Positions 1-13,350 of a stretch of 64,000 nt of DNA are shown here, piece by piece. The translations under genes and the position numbers were made by a program. Every line of letters starts with the position of its first letter. The stretch's first letter is position 1. The notes under the pieces are model-generated. The model saw only the letters and a program-made list of their open reading frames with translations, had not been told where the DNA came from and made no database searches. The stretch is from Owenia fusiformis (taxonomy: Eukaryota), in the NCBI GenBank assembly GCA_903813345.2, contig CAIIXF020000001.1:45694001-45758000 (forward strand), written 5' to 3'.

Positions 1-1277
1 TTAATATATCATAATTATTTCACATGCAAATACTGTACTGCCACTAATATTTGATGCTGTTATCTTTCACAATTTTGCAATTTTGAAATTTTGCGGATAT
101 CAATTTTCGCTAATTATAAATTTTTTATAATTTTGTATCTATTTCTTTCACCATCATATCATTTCTCAAAAAAATTTCCAGCTTATTTGATTAAATGTTT
201 TTAAAACCAAGAAATATGAACTAAACTATTGAAATCAAGTGCTCACTTTAAATTTTTTTTATATTTTCTGTTTGGGAAAATCTGTTAGTTATCAGCTGCA
301 TTTTTGTCAGTCAAGATTTCTCTTTATCAAACCAAATCAAATCCAAGGAATGTTTAGTCAAATATCCAGTTGTTCAGGAATCGAACTCAATTCAAAGAAT
401 GATTAGTTCCATAGTGTAAACATATACAACTTTGAACAATATTGGTATCAGCCATTATGTTACATTAAAAAAAACAGAATGTAAAACTGTAAAAGACTTT
501 CATGTAAGCAGGAAATTTCTTGAAAGAATACTAAAGGTTTCGCAACAGAATTTAGACGGTCATATGTTGAATTGCAGAAATTTTCTGAAAATGTAAGGTG
601 TGTATGTTAGGCCAATGCATTATCTAAAGGAAAAGTACTAATACAGATGATAAAAAAATTGGAGATTGAGACAGGGAAGGTGCAAAGACCCCATCAACAT
701 TTTTTTTCAAAAATGTTTTCCTGATTTTCAGTTCCTTCCATTTTTTTATAATGTTTTCACATTAATATGTTGCATTTGTAGACAAAGTTAACATACTAAA
801 GAGAAAATATTTTCCTTTTAAGAGTTTATTTGTGTCTCCAAATGCAACATACTGATGCATAAAACATTTATAAAAATTGAGTAGAAGGGGAAATTTTAAA
901 TTCAACGAACATATAGGCCCACTGAGCATTTATTTTGCACAGGGCCTTTATTAGAAAGAACTCAAAATAAATGCCATTGGCTTTTATTAAGACTAAGAGG
1001 GAAATTGAAAACATTTTTCCCAAGGGGACAGGCATTTATTAAGAGGGAAAATAGCTTTCCCAAGCCAGTGGGTGTTTATTTCGAGGCGTATTATCAATCG
1101 AAGAGTTGACACATGGCCTTCATATACTCATGCAATAGTATCTATCATCTCTGATTGCACACTTCTGTTTTACCTTTCAAGCATTCGATTTGGATTTTGG
1201 AATGTCATAAAGCTATGCAGTCAAAAGTAATCTTAATACTTTTTAGTGAAAATGCATTTATATTTAAATGCCATTGG

Positions 1278-1316
<39 letters not shown>

Positions 1317-2907
1317 AAAATGCAGAATCTTGCGAATGCAAAATCCTCGAAATCCGATCACCTCCACATCTGAATGTTTTTTTTAACTGGTCATGGTGTT
1401 TTAACTGGTCATGGTGGCATTTGGATTAGACAGATATTACTGTATAAGTATTAGACAGATATTACTGTATAAGTATAATAGTATTACTGGAATTCCAAAA
1501 AATCATAACGCCTACAATGCTAGTAATATTAAGTGAAAATGCATTAATATTTTTTCAAAATCAAGAATCTTTCGGATGCAAAAACCTCGAAATCAGACGT
1601 TTAAATCTGAATGTTTTTAATTTGTAGCGGTGGCATTTGGATAAGACAGGTTTTACTGTATAAGTATAATAGACATTAATAGTATTACTGGAATTCCAAA
1701 AAATCATAAGGCCTATAGCAACAATCATGTGAACTTCAGGTCAAAATTCCAATGCTCCCTTGGCCAATCAAATCAGTTCATTGCATTTGTTTCATCAATG
1801 CTCTCAATATCATAATTATTCCACATGCAAATACTGTACTACCGGTTAATTTGCGAGTTTAAATTTCATGAATTTTGAGAAATACCAATTTTGCGGCCAT
1901 TAAATTTTGCGGATATCAAAGGTTTAACTTCCATTATTCTCTGAATCCTCAAAATTAATTTATCTTATCTACAGTTATTACACCTACCCAATATCATATA
2001 CTTTGGATAAGATTTACAATCTCTACACAGGCAATTTTTTCCATTACATTTTCTGTAAAGAATGGCTATCTTTAAAAAATCTTTACGGAAATTCATTAAA
2101 GAAACTTTGCAGATTTGATACATTTGAAGAATCTGTACAGTTTTTCTTTCTTTAATGATTCTGCAAAGAAATCTCATTACAGAAAAAATACAGATTCAAT
2201 GCAGAAACTGTGTGTGTGTTGATCTGTAAAGAATCAATAAAGAAATTCTCAACAGATTCTGTAAAGAAATAACAACATTGAAAATTCTGTAAAATTGACT
2301 TTGTCATTGAAGATTTTGCAAAGAATACACTTTACAGAAAAATAGATTCAATTCAAAAAATGTATGGATGATGATCTCAAAGAAGCAATAAGTTACATCC
2401 AGGCCCATAACCTGGGGAAGGGGCTCAGCCATTACAGCCAACCCTTCTGATATCTCCTTAAAGATATGTGGACATATGTACCTTTTTGCCAAAAAAGTGT
2501 TGAAGGGTCTTAAAAGTGCTGAAGGGCATTAAAGCGCTTTTTTGGCCTTATTCTAAGAGAAAATTGGCCTTACTTGTAAAAAAATCCTTGCAAGCGCAGA
2601 ATATTTTTTGCCATTTGGTCCCCTCAAAGATTTGAGGGTTGAGGGGGGATGTCAGAGCTCCCAGATACCAAAAGCTGGCTGAACATCACTTCTGAAACTA
2701 TCGAATATCACTTTGATGGTTTGGGGATTTTTTTCTAAAATTATATATGATAATGATATCTTGATCCACATCATGAAATATATCTTCACGTGATATTCGA
2801 TGTATATCCTTGCAACCATGGGATAAAAGGTAGTTATCCACAAGGAGGGATTTGATATGGGGAATATCACAAGAATGATATCAATATTTCCCGAGGGAAC
2901 ACAGTGT

Positions 2908-2984
2908 TTCGTCAATGGTCAGGGTACTTTTTGGAGGTACTAGGTTTGTCCCAACCTCCCAAAAGTACCCTGACCAATGACGAA
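2908..2984. repeat. Hairpin, about 31-bp inverted repeat
   Basis: TTCGTCAATGGTCAGGGTACTTTTTGGAGGT / ACCTCCCAAAAGTACCCTGACCAATGACGAA. Confidence 0.85.
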
Positions 2985-3037
2985 TTGATACTGAAATAAG
3001 CCTAAAGCAGGTAAAATTAAAAAAATATATATAAAAT

Positions 3038-3431
3038 TAGAGTCCATTTCACTGCTTCATTTCGTCAGTAGAACGGCAAAAATAAGAAATTGGGAGACCA
3101 TTGTGCAATAATATATGGAAAAGTGTATTCATAATGTACATGAATGACATTTGTATATTTCAGATTTTTTAGTTTTTTGTGCAATAAGCCTGTGCCGTCT
3201 TGTAATTTGAAGAATTTCAGCCATGTTAATCTTATTGAAAATAACATGGCAGAGAAACATCCAAATATAAGAGGCCACACACTTTATAAGCCAAACTAGA
3301 AGCAATCCAAGATATACAAATGTCATTCATTTACATTATGAATATACTTTTCCATATATTATTGCACAATGGTCTCCCAATTTCTTATTTTTGCCGTTCT
3401 ACGACGAAATGAAGCAGTGAAATGGACTCTA
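3038..3431. mobile_element. MITE with about 120-bp terminal inverted repeats
   Basis: TAGAGTCCATTTCACTGCTTCATTTCG... mirrored by ...CGAAATGAAGCAGTGAAATGGACTCTA; arms nearly identical. Confidence 0.85.
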
Positions 3432-5833
3432 TACCCTCAATAAATCAATTGAAATTGTAAAAATTGAAATACTTATAATTAGGCTAAGCATTTTTTTTAC
3501 TTCATATGATATTAAGTAAGCTTTAATTAATATTTATTTAAATTCCAGAAATATTTTTTATAAATACTGAAGTACTAGTAATTCTTTTAGTTTTTAACGG
3601 AGAGAAATCCCCAGGATCGATGTCTGATATATAAGTTAACGTTTCGTTCACTACACACATCCTGGTATCTGGGAAATAGAATATCGCCCATTACAAAATC
3701 AAGTAAAGTTTTATGTTCGGATTATACATTGATCCAGAAGGTCAGTATACAAGGTGTCATAGATGGGATTTAGCCGTCAGACAATATAACTAACTATCAG
3801 GAGCCTGTAGGCATTAGGATTTTAAGCTGAAAAGCACCGAAGAAGATAATATTCCAGATAGAAGTCAGAAAATTCACTGAAATTACAGCGGAAATTCCCC
3901 AAAATATTCGTAAGCTTACAACATCTCACAATAGAATGGAGGAGGAGGACAGGAAGTAAACTTTATGCTTCACAGATCAGCTATGTTTCCTGTGATATTA
4001 GAGAGGTTTCGCATAACGTTTTTTAGCTCCACGGATCCGTAACGTATTTACCAGATTGATGCGTAGTCAGTTCAATTTTTTACGTGAAATGATACGGAAA
4101 ACACGAAAAATGAGCCTTTTGATGATGTAGTTTAGTGAAGCTGAGGAAACCACCTTTTGGTTTACAAATTACAATGGAGCACCAATTTGCAGTGGGACTG
4201 CCTGTACAGCTGTCAGCTGTACAATGATTTTCCATGATGGTGCTATATTATATAATGTGTCTACTGTACAAATGCAGGGGACTTATTCTCATCCAGGAAA
4301 ATGCACTGTCTGATCACCTTCACAATGACAATACTACAGTATTAAAGACCAAATAAACAAAAGGGGGAAGAAAGTCCTGAAGCATCTCTGGTTATACAGA
4401 TAGTTGAATGATTGTGTTGACGAATAATTGTTGCTTGTAACCTACAAGTTGAAAGAGCATGCATGTGTGTCTGTTAAAAAATAAACATTTATTTAAAATG
4501 AAAATTATACATATCCTTGGGTGCGAGGCAATCTTCTATAGTTGTCATCTTATCAAAACTATGCAATGGGGGCTTCAGTTCATTCAACAATTCTAATCCT
4601 ATGTACAGTTGAACAAAATGAAGCTCAAATAAGCTCATCCTGAATTATTTGAGCAAAATGAAGCAACATTACAATTGTGAAAAGTTATCATGTCTGTTAT
4701 AATTGCTCAGTCACAATCACATTTTATTTAGATTATGAAATGTAGGAGTTCACTTGCAGATTGTGAAGAAATAGCAGGACTATGATTAAATGCTATGGCA
4801 CCTTTAGGAAGTGTATGGTTATCAGTTGGTTTTCTCTTATCGCTACAGTCATGTCATCCAGAAGAGCCAGATATTTGCATTTTCTTCATTCTGGGGCTCG
4901 TTTTATGCATGCTAAGAACTATAGTTGTCTCACAAGCAACTAAGTTATTCACTGTTAAATAAAAAATAGTAAAACCGAAGTAAATAGGCGAATATTACGT
5001 TGGCTACCGAAATGTACTCCAAATATGCCTATTGCATTTTTATAAGGATGTTTTATCAGATTATAATGACTTATGTGACTTAGAACTTTAAATTTTGTAA
5101 TTTGGTTTAATTGCATATTTATTTGTATATTTATTTTATAAAAATCCATGTTTTATAGACATCCATGTTTTGTTTTATATTTCAGAATATTACACAAATT
5201 AATGTATATTTATTTTATAAATTAAATTTTATGTAAGACATATATAAAATATCCCCGGGATCAACACTCGTTCAGTATAAAATAGTACTCTTGGCGGAGG
5301 TTCGCTGGGGGTCTTGAAAAAATGAATTTTCCTCTTCCACCCTCCCAAATTTAGAGGTGTATGATTTATGACTTAAACATCATGTATTTTATTTAATGTA
5401 TATATGTTTATCATAGGGCGGTTTATATATTGCCTTGCATTGTAAACAACTTACATTGGCAATATGAATAATTTAATATGTTGTGAAGAAGATGTGTTTT
5501 GTAATAAGATTTATTAATTAAAATAAATCCGCTCATTTTAAGCCCAACATCCATGTTTTGTAATATTTCAGAATATTACACATTAATAAACATTTAGTAA
5601 TCTGATTATTATGTAAGATGAATAAATGACTGATATAAACTTGGTACCATTATATGTTCAATAGATTGTTAAAGGAAATTAATAATGTTGTAAGCAAGTT
5701 TTGGTTAGAAAGTTCACAATTTTACTGTGGTGTTAGTTTGTAAACAGTCATTTGTGGTCTGAATTGGTCATACTTTCAGAAATAGATGGTTTCAATTTTT
5801 TATTTGCTTAGAGTATATTATAATATTGTACTG

Positions 5834-7826
5834 TTCACATGATATATAGAGACAGGTTTTTATTTGGAGGTGTTCATCAAGACACTTATTTGCTGTTTAC
5901 ACAGAAATCTGTGGTGTTATATTTATATGTTATATTTATATCATGACTGTGAGGATCAATAAAAATAACTCAATAACCATTATAGAGACAAAGGAGTGTT
6001 CACAGTATATTCATGATATATAGAGACAGGTTTCCACTTAGAAGTGTTCACCAAGACACATATTTAGTATTTACTGTATATAGAGAAATCTGTGGCATTA
6101 TATTTATATGTTTTGTTTATAATTATAATCATGACTGTGATCAAGAAAAATAACTCCATAAGCATTACAGAGACAAAGGAGCGTTCACTGTATAGCCATG
6201 ATATATTGAGATAGGTTTTCACTTAGAGGTTATATATATATGATATATTGAGATAGGTTTTCACTTAGAGGTGTTCACCAAGACACATATTTGTTGTATA
6301 CAGAGAAATTTGTGGCGTTATATTTATATGTTTTATTTATAATTATTATCATGACTGTGAGGATCAAGAAAAATAACTCCATAAGCATTACAGCATTCCA
6401 GAGACAAAGGAGCGTTCACTGTATAGCCATGATATATTGAGATAGGTTTTCACTTAGAGGTGTTCACCAAGACACATATTTTGCTATTGACACAGAAATC
6501 GGTGGCGTTATATTTATCTGTTTATATATAATCATGACTGAGGATCAAGAAAAAATAACTCCATAAGCATTACAGAGACAAAGGAGTGTTCACTATATAC
6601 AGGGTGACCGGAAAAAAAGGAGACCATTGAAATAGGCAATATCTCCTAAAATAGACTAGTGACATCAATGAAATTTTGCATACATCAGGACAGTTCTATG
6701 GAAATTTGTTCCTGAAAGTGTCAATACAAGCAGTCAACTGGTTCAGGAGCTATGATCATTTACATAACATGCTCCAAATAGGCGCAATTGAGACCAACGC
6801 AGAGCTGGATACATTTGGCAAATACCCTTACATATTCCGACCTTGTTATGGCATTACATTTAGCATTTATTGCCACCTTTAGGTCAGCAATTGTCTCAGG
6901 ATTGTTTTGGTACACATTGTCTTTCAAATTGCCCCACAAAAAGAAATCAGGTGGATTCAAATTTGAGGTGTATGGAGACGAAGCTTATCTGACCTATGGC
7001 TTCTGACTCAGTGATCCCAGTCAGTTACAGTATCATCCTAAGGAGGTTTTGGGCAGCCCTTGGTTTTCATATGGGATTTAATTGTGCCATATAGTGGTTT
7101 TAGTAACATGGCACTATGCCCAATACCTAAAGTGACTCTTAAGATTTGGTAAATCAGCACTTTGGCAACAGGATGATGAACCACATGTCAGATAACCCTT
7201 CATTGCCATTACAGCCTAGACTTGAATCCTGCTGATTTCTTTTTGTATGGATATTTGAAAGACAATCTATACCAAAACAATCCTCAGACTATTGTTGACC
7301 TAAAGAAGGCAATCACTGCTATATGTAATGCCATAATAATGCCATAATAATGCCATAGAGGGCAGAACATGTAAGGGTAGTTTGCCATATGAATCCAACT
7401 CTGCGTTGGTCTCAATTGTGCCTATTTGGAGCATGTTATGTAAATGATCATAGCTCCTGAACCAGTTGAATGCTTGTATTGAAACCTTCAGTAACAAATC
7501 TCCATATAACTGTTCCAGTGTATGCAAAATTTCATTGATGGCACTTGTCTAGTTTAGGAGAAATTGATTACTTCAATGGTCTCCTTTTTTCCGGTCACCC
7601 TGTATATAACCGTGATATATCCATGATATACAGAGACAGGTTTTCACATAGAAGTGTTTACCAAGACACATATTTGCTGTATACACAAATATTTGTGGTG
7701 CTATATTTATATGAGGTTAAACAAAAAAGGATTCCATAAACATTACTAAGGGGTGTTCATTGTATCCATGATATACAGATTCTAACACATAGAAGTGTTC
7801 ACTAAGACGCATATTTGCTGTATACA
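5834..7826. repeat. Tandem repeat, unit about 170-230 bp, about 5-6 copies, interrupted by a mariner-derived element
   Basis: Recurrent catgatatat..gagacaggttt..gtgttcaccaagacacatattt..atcatgactgtgaggatcaagaaaaataactccataagcattacagagacaaaggag; the array resumes after 7604. Confidence 0.85.
6600..7602. mobile_element. Tc1/mariner-derived foldback element carrying a transposase C-terminal remnant on both arms
   Basis: TA|CAGGGTGACCGGAAAAAA ... TTTTTTCCGGTCACCCTG|TA. The minus-strand ORF 6760-6960 reads LNPPDFFLWGNLKDNVYQNNPETIADLK, a Tc1/mariner SPDLNP..DFFLWG motif, and is mirrored on the plus strand at about 7220-7445. Confidence 0.9.
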
Positions 7827-8579
7827 CTTTAGATCACATGTAAATTGTATTGACAAAGACTATTAATAAATATAAATCGATTAACCATAAATAAAATCTT
7901 TTGTTATTGAAGGCCTTTACTGAAGTTTAACAGAATGATTAAAATAACTTCAAAGATTTATCAACGAATGCATAAAGAACGTGTAAAGAATCCATAAGGA
8001 AAGCAGCAGTCTGTCAGGAATATGTAAAGAAAAAGTAGAGAATCTTTACAAAAACTCTATTGAATCAGTAAAGTTTGAAACTTATATTTACAGAATAAAT
8101 GCAGTGTCATTACAGATTCTGTAAACTCGTTTCTTTATCGAAACATTGCCGTGATCAAGTCCGAACAGTTTCATTACAGTTTTGACAGTAAAGAATCTGT
8201 ATGGATTTTTTATGGAAATTGTGATGGAAAAAATTGCCTGTGTAGATCTTAGTCAATGGCATGTTGCACCTCAGCCTTTAATTGGCGATATTCGCGACTA
8301 TTAATTTTCGTGATTTTTACACAATCGCGAAAAGCACGAAACTAAATTGCACGCGAAAAATATCGGGAGTACAGTACATTGAAACCATACACTCTTATAT
8401 TTCATAAGAATTTGCAATCAAGCCTAACAAATCTATTGGCAAAATATTAGAAGGCCAGCAAATGTACACATGCTAAAGTGATGAAACTTTAATGAATTTT
8501 AATTTTGCCTATACTGATATGTGTTAAACTCTATTTGGGTTAGATTTATTCGGCTACACCCTCTACTTACAGCCTTAAC

Positions 8580-9342
8580 ATGCCCCCTATCGGCTATCAC
8601 CCGCTTCAAAATCATAACAGGTTCCTTTATATCTTCCTTTATCTTCTGTTTAAGAAAAGCTGTTAGCTATCAGCTGTATTTTTGTCAATCAAGATTTCTC
8701 TTCATCTGTGAATTACCCAGCGAGAAACCAAAATGGCAATTTTGATGGAAAGACACAAAGTACCAGTCAAAATCTCTGAAGATTTCCGGGCAAACAATGG
8801 CAGCTCTCCCAGTTAGGTTTTAGACTGTCTTCTCATATTTTGTCAATTTTATTCAAGTATTCAAGTATTGTTTAGAGTTGTGCGTTCAACATATTCGAGA
8901 AGTCAATAGCTATAATAAATCTGCAGATTTTGCTCGCATTTATGTAAGCTTTTCTCTTTTGACGGATACTTTGTGTCTTTCCTTGAAATCATGACAGGTG
9001 TAACTGATCTACTGAAATCAACTTCAAGTGCTTTAATTACTACTATCTCCCAATGTGAGCTACATTAGTGCTTTTTGTTGAGAAAATATGTAAGTTATTA
9101 GCCGCTTTTTTGCCGATCAGGATTTAAATTCTCTTTATCTGTCATGTACCTAGCAAGATTCAGAGATTTTGACTTGTACGTCATGTCTTTCCGTCAAAAC
9201 TTCCATTTTTGGTTTCTTGGTAAAGAGTAGCTTCTCAATGTATAATGAGAATTTGCTGTTCGGCACAGAAGCACCTTTTAATTTTTTTCGATTTTCGCAA
9301 GGAGGATACTAACACAATTTTGAAGCGGTTGATAGGGGCTCT
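8580..9342. mobile_element. Degenerate MITE with terminal and internal inverted repeats
   Basis: ctatcacccgcttcaaaat vs attttgaagcggttgatag; internal IR at 8723-8780 vs 9158-9215. Confidence 0.5.
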
Positions 9343-10601
9343 AAAGGCTGTTCTAACATATCAGTCACAGCCTCTGAAAGAGCTAGATCTAAGGCTCTAG
9401 CTTTAGGCTAGTCTAAGTCCTATAGATCTAGTAGTCTAGGCCTAGAGTCATAGCCCAGGCATAGGCCCGCAAAAATGTAAAGAAATAAAGCTTACAGCAT
9501 GTTCTATTTAAGTGAATTTGACTCATGTTATACATGTTCCGGGCCTATGCCTAGTATAGTCCCGCAGGACGAAGAAGATAGAATGTAAAAATCAAATTGA
9601 AAATCAAAATAATCGAACGAAAAAAAATTGAAAAAGTTGAAAATTCGATTTCGATTCAATTTGATTTTCTGCCATTATAAATGAAATACTGTACTTACCA
9701 ACATGTTTCTCGGATATATATGTTGTTCTTACTTTATCTTCGCCGAAGATCGATGTTTATTTATATATAACAATCGAATAATCGACATAATTCAAACTCA
9801 TCACTACGACACAAAAATATATCACTTTCGAAACCATGTAAACTGCTAAGATGACGTCATTTATATCCGGGATTGCTTTGCAAACTCCACACAACAGACT
9901 GTCCCATCTTTTCTCCTGCTTTCTCCCGATGCAATTCATACATTACTCGGAGATTACTGTCAAACGTTCCAAGTTTTACAATTTTAGCATGTTTATTACG
10001 ATCTAATTCCTGCCAGTATCAATGAATAAATCTATTGACCAACAGATTGGAAATATGTATTCCAGCGATACCCTCATTTTGACGAAAGAATGGTACAAAT
10101 ATGTCCACTATTTATCGAGATATCGTGTAGAAAAATTGAAGAAAGACATCGCTTAAGAAATTTCTATTTCTAGACTGAACTGTTCACGCTCGCAAGTGGC
10201 ATCTCCAACTCCATATATGGGCAAAAAGGTGGAGTTAACAATAAGCAATGCAGGGATTGACACGATTGACACGAAGAAGTCTCGATGAATCTCGCTTAAA
10301 CTCCGCCCCTTCTTCGTGAAAAATCACGTGAATTCCGGCTTTTGCTGGGACATATCCGGGCATCTCGGCTTCGAACCCAATCAGAAGTTTCAATTTTGAC
10401 TGGCGCCGCATACATTATCTCAAGTCTCACCCAATATTTTTATGTATACGTTAATAATTGTTTGTAAATAACTGCTTGTATAATTATTTTTACAAAAAGC
10501 TCTACTTCTCACTACCATTTATTTACGATTAACATCGATCATCGATAAAACCTTAGTAAATATGACACATGTGGACTGGCATTGACTTGTATGACAATTA
10601 C

Positions 10602-10707
10602 CTGAGGGGGATCATCAGTACCTCTATTGTCTGCATATGCCATTATAAACTCTTTGCTCTTAGCGATGTTCATATCAGCCAGTTGAATTCCTAGCTCTTC
10701 CATCGCA
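10602..10707 (-). pseudogene. 5'-truncated duplicate of G-alpha exon 4
   Basis: Part of a 255-bp direct repeat (10453-10707 vs 10983-11237, 4 mismatches). It keeps the donor CAG|GTAATT but lacks the native acceptor and the first 11 exon nt. Confidence 0.75.
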
Positions 10708-11131
10708 GATGTATTGTAATAAAGTACCTCCACAATCTGTAGCAGTTTCATTACACAAAAACTAAAACTTTTAAAATTAGAGTATTTGTATCTTTACTTT
10801 CCGGACACCCTGTAACTTCGCACTATACCATTTATTCAAGATTAAACGTTTTAGTTGAAACTCTGACGTTCAGTTAAATGAAAATGTATGTGAACAAATA
10901 ATCATATTGGTGGCAAAGTGTGCATGCGGTAAAACATAGTCAAATTACTAATGTAAATATATTTGTTTTTTGTCCCTCTGTAAATAATTGTTTGTAAATA
11001 ACTGCTTGTATAATTATTTTTACAAAAAGCTCTACTTCTCACTACCATTTATTTACGATTAACATCGATCATCGATAAAACCTTAGTAAATATGACACAT
11101 ATGGACTGGCATTGACTTGTATGACAATTAC

Positions 11132-11248
11132 CTGAGGGGGATCATCAGTACCTCTATTGTCTGCATATGCCATTGTAAACTCTTTGCTCTTAGCGTTGTT
11201 CATATCAGTCAGTTGAATTCCTAGCTCTTCCATCGCACCAACTATCGT
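11132..11248 (-). CDS. GNAS-like: G-protein alpha subunit (Gs-type), exon 4 (117 bp, helical domain)
   Basis: tttttatacttccag|ACG...CAG|gtaatt, phase 0/0. TIVGAMEELGIQLTDMNNAKSKEFTMAYADNRGTDDPPQ resembles the Gs exon TIVAAMSNL...DFPP. Confidence 0.82.
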
Positions 11249-11784
11249 CTGGAAGTATAAAAATGAAATAGAGTCCGAGGTCGATCTCAGTGGCTCAAAC
11301 AAACAGAGTCGATAAGTTTTAACATTACAAAAATGACGAGCTTTTATAGTTTAAAAGTTAGTTCTAGTTCAGGAGTACGGATGCACACTCTACGGATCCC
11401 AATCCAGATCCTCATTGGTGGTAGGCTCAATAAAATTACGAGTACATTCGTTGAGCCTTGAAACCAATGGGAGGAATCTGGCCGCGCCCCGTGGCATACT
11501 CTAAGTTACGTCTTTCTCCTTTAGCTTAGATGATCGGGAGATCTGATAGACCAGAATGGATTAGAAGGGTAAATATACCTTATCATGCTATTAGAAGGCT
11601 TGAGTCACCTAAGTTTTCAATGACATCTATACTTGAGAAAATATTTCGTCAAGATTGCTGCCAGATAGATACAAGAGGAAGAAAACCCCAGAGCTAAGAG
11701 ATGCGTTTGTTCGAATTTTAACTGGCTAATTTCTGAATACCACACATCGTTGTGCTGTTTTAATCGATGCTAGCAAGCTGTATT

Positions 11785-12010
11785 GTTACGCGGAATATGG
11801 CATATATTCATGGTTGCGCGGTATTTGTGATACGGGTGAATATGTTATACTCACCTGTGGTATATGGCATATTCCGCAGGTGAGTATGGCATCTTCCACA
11901 GTGAATATGCGATACATTGATTTCGGTGAATATCCTATACTCATCTGCGGACTATATCATACTCACTTACGGAATATGGCAGGTGAGTATGACATATACC
12001 GCAGGTGAAA
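11785..12010. repeat. Array of short direct and inverted repeats (ggtgagtatggcatat / atactcacc)
   Basis: Repeated gaatatggcatattc and ggtgagtatg motifs in both orientations, followed by a ctcgacttcgtctcgag near-palindrome; probably a non-autonomous element remnant. Confidence 0.5.
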
Positions 12011-13350
12011 ACGAGATACAGAAAGGCTTGATTTGATTGGTCGCGATAATCGATTCTAAATGTAAAACTACGTTGGATTACCAACATAGTTAGTCCTCGA
12101 CTTCGTCTCGAGCCAATACAGAATATCTCGAGTACAATATATCCTGTACTGCACTTCTAATCATTCAAACGCTTATAGAGTAGTTTTCCTCTAACATAGA
12201 GCTAGATAGAAAATACAATGATGCATTGTGATCATCTATATAACATTCTAGCCATTTCTATATGTCACAACAAAGTGAATCTTGATTAAGTGTCGTCTTG
12301 TTGAAAGTCAATTGAGCTACACTCCCCTCCAAAAGTTTGGCAAACAGAAGTTGCCCTATGGACGATATCTCGCCATCTTTAATGCCTGTTTATGTTCGGC
12401 AATTAAATTTTAACAAATTCATCACATTTAAAGTTTGATATATTGTAAGTTTGTAGCTGAGATTGTAAATTTAGATTTAAACATGATCAGGCTTAGCGCA
12501 CATATAATCAAGACTTCCGGTGTCATACCGGGCTGTGATAGTTATTACGATTAAACTAGTAAAAAGAATAACCTTCCGGAGTAGCAAATTCTACGTTTTA
12601 TCGAATCAAAATAACCAGCTGGCAGAAATATTGTCTCGTTTTGGCAAAATCTATGTACCATATTTGATATTCCTCGTGTAGAGGTCCCCTGACCACCAAG
12701 CACCAGCCGATAAGTTTTGGACCAAATCGAATGACTGGTATTTGTGTCTTCTTAAAATTCCTTCTTGAGCACATGTCCTTTCTCCCGCCTAGCATATAAA
12801 ATTTAAACTATATCGTTTGACGGAAAATATTGGAAAGCTTCCTAATTAGTATAGACGTCTTTTGTTCATAAGACATTAGCCTATAAAGTAAAGATCAAAT
12901 CCGATATCACCTATTCAAAATGGCGGCCATTATGAGAGCACAAAAATCAAAATCTGTCGACCGATATTTGAGTAATATAGACGAACGAGCGAACTTATGA
13001 ACGGCTTCTTCCTCAATTATAACAAATGACAAACATTTGTTCAAAATGGCTACTTAAACAACTTTTTTTAACATTACATATATTAAGTAAATATCGTCGT
13101 TTATGCATTTCAAACAAAGAAAATATTCATGTTTACTACTATTTATTTTTAAAAATTATGACCTTGCCATTTAGCCAACCCCTGGATATTTATCGTTTTA
13201 TAGGCATGTCATTCTTTGGAACTACTTTGACACCACTTGAACAAATTAGAGTCTCAAAGGACACTTCATTAGGTATATCTGAGGCCACTACTATTAGGAT
13301 AATATGTGTAAGACTTTAATCCAAAGAACAGAATCTTAATAACCTAAAAT

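Larger units (their letters stand above)
2026..8242. mobile_element. Non-autonomous CACAG-terminated DNA transposon (EnSpm/CACTA-like), TA flanks
   Basis: TA|CACAGGCAATTTTTTCCATTACA ... TGTGATGGAAAAAATTGCCTGTG|TA, with subterminal ctgtaaagaa-type repeats at both ends. No intact transposase ORF. Confidence 0.65.
1834..8374. mobile_element. Old TA-flanked MITE (CTGTA...TACAG ends) split by nested insertions
   Basis: TA|CTGTACTACCGGTTAATTTGCG at 1832 is an imperfect inverted match to CGCGAAAAATATCGGGAGTACAG|TA ending at 8376. A related left end with the same upstream flank occurs at about 9-110. Confidence 0.5.

Noticed and set aside
1282..1313. Poly(A) tract as a retrocopy tail
   Set aside because: No upstream coding or SINE body and no TSD; it sits within a degenerate local duplication.
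3600..4900. Possible decayed transposase inside the CACAG element
   Set aside because: No sustained reading frame or motif that I can identify with confidence; needs a translated HMM search.
5834..7826. Repeat arrays here and at 36040-36385 considered as CRISPR-like
   Set aside because: Whole units repeat with no unique spacers; eukaryotic context and no cas genes.
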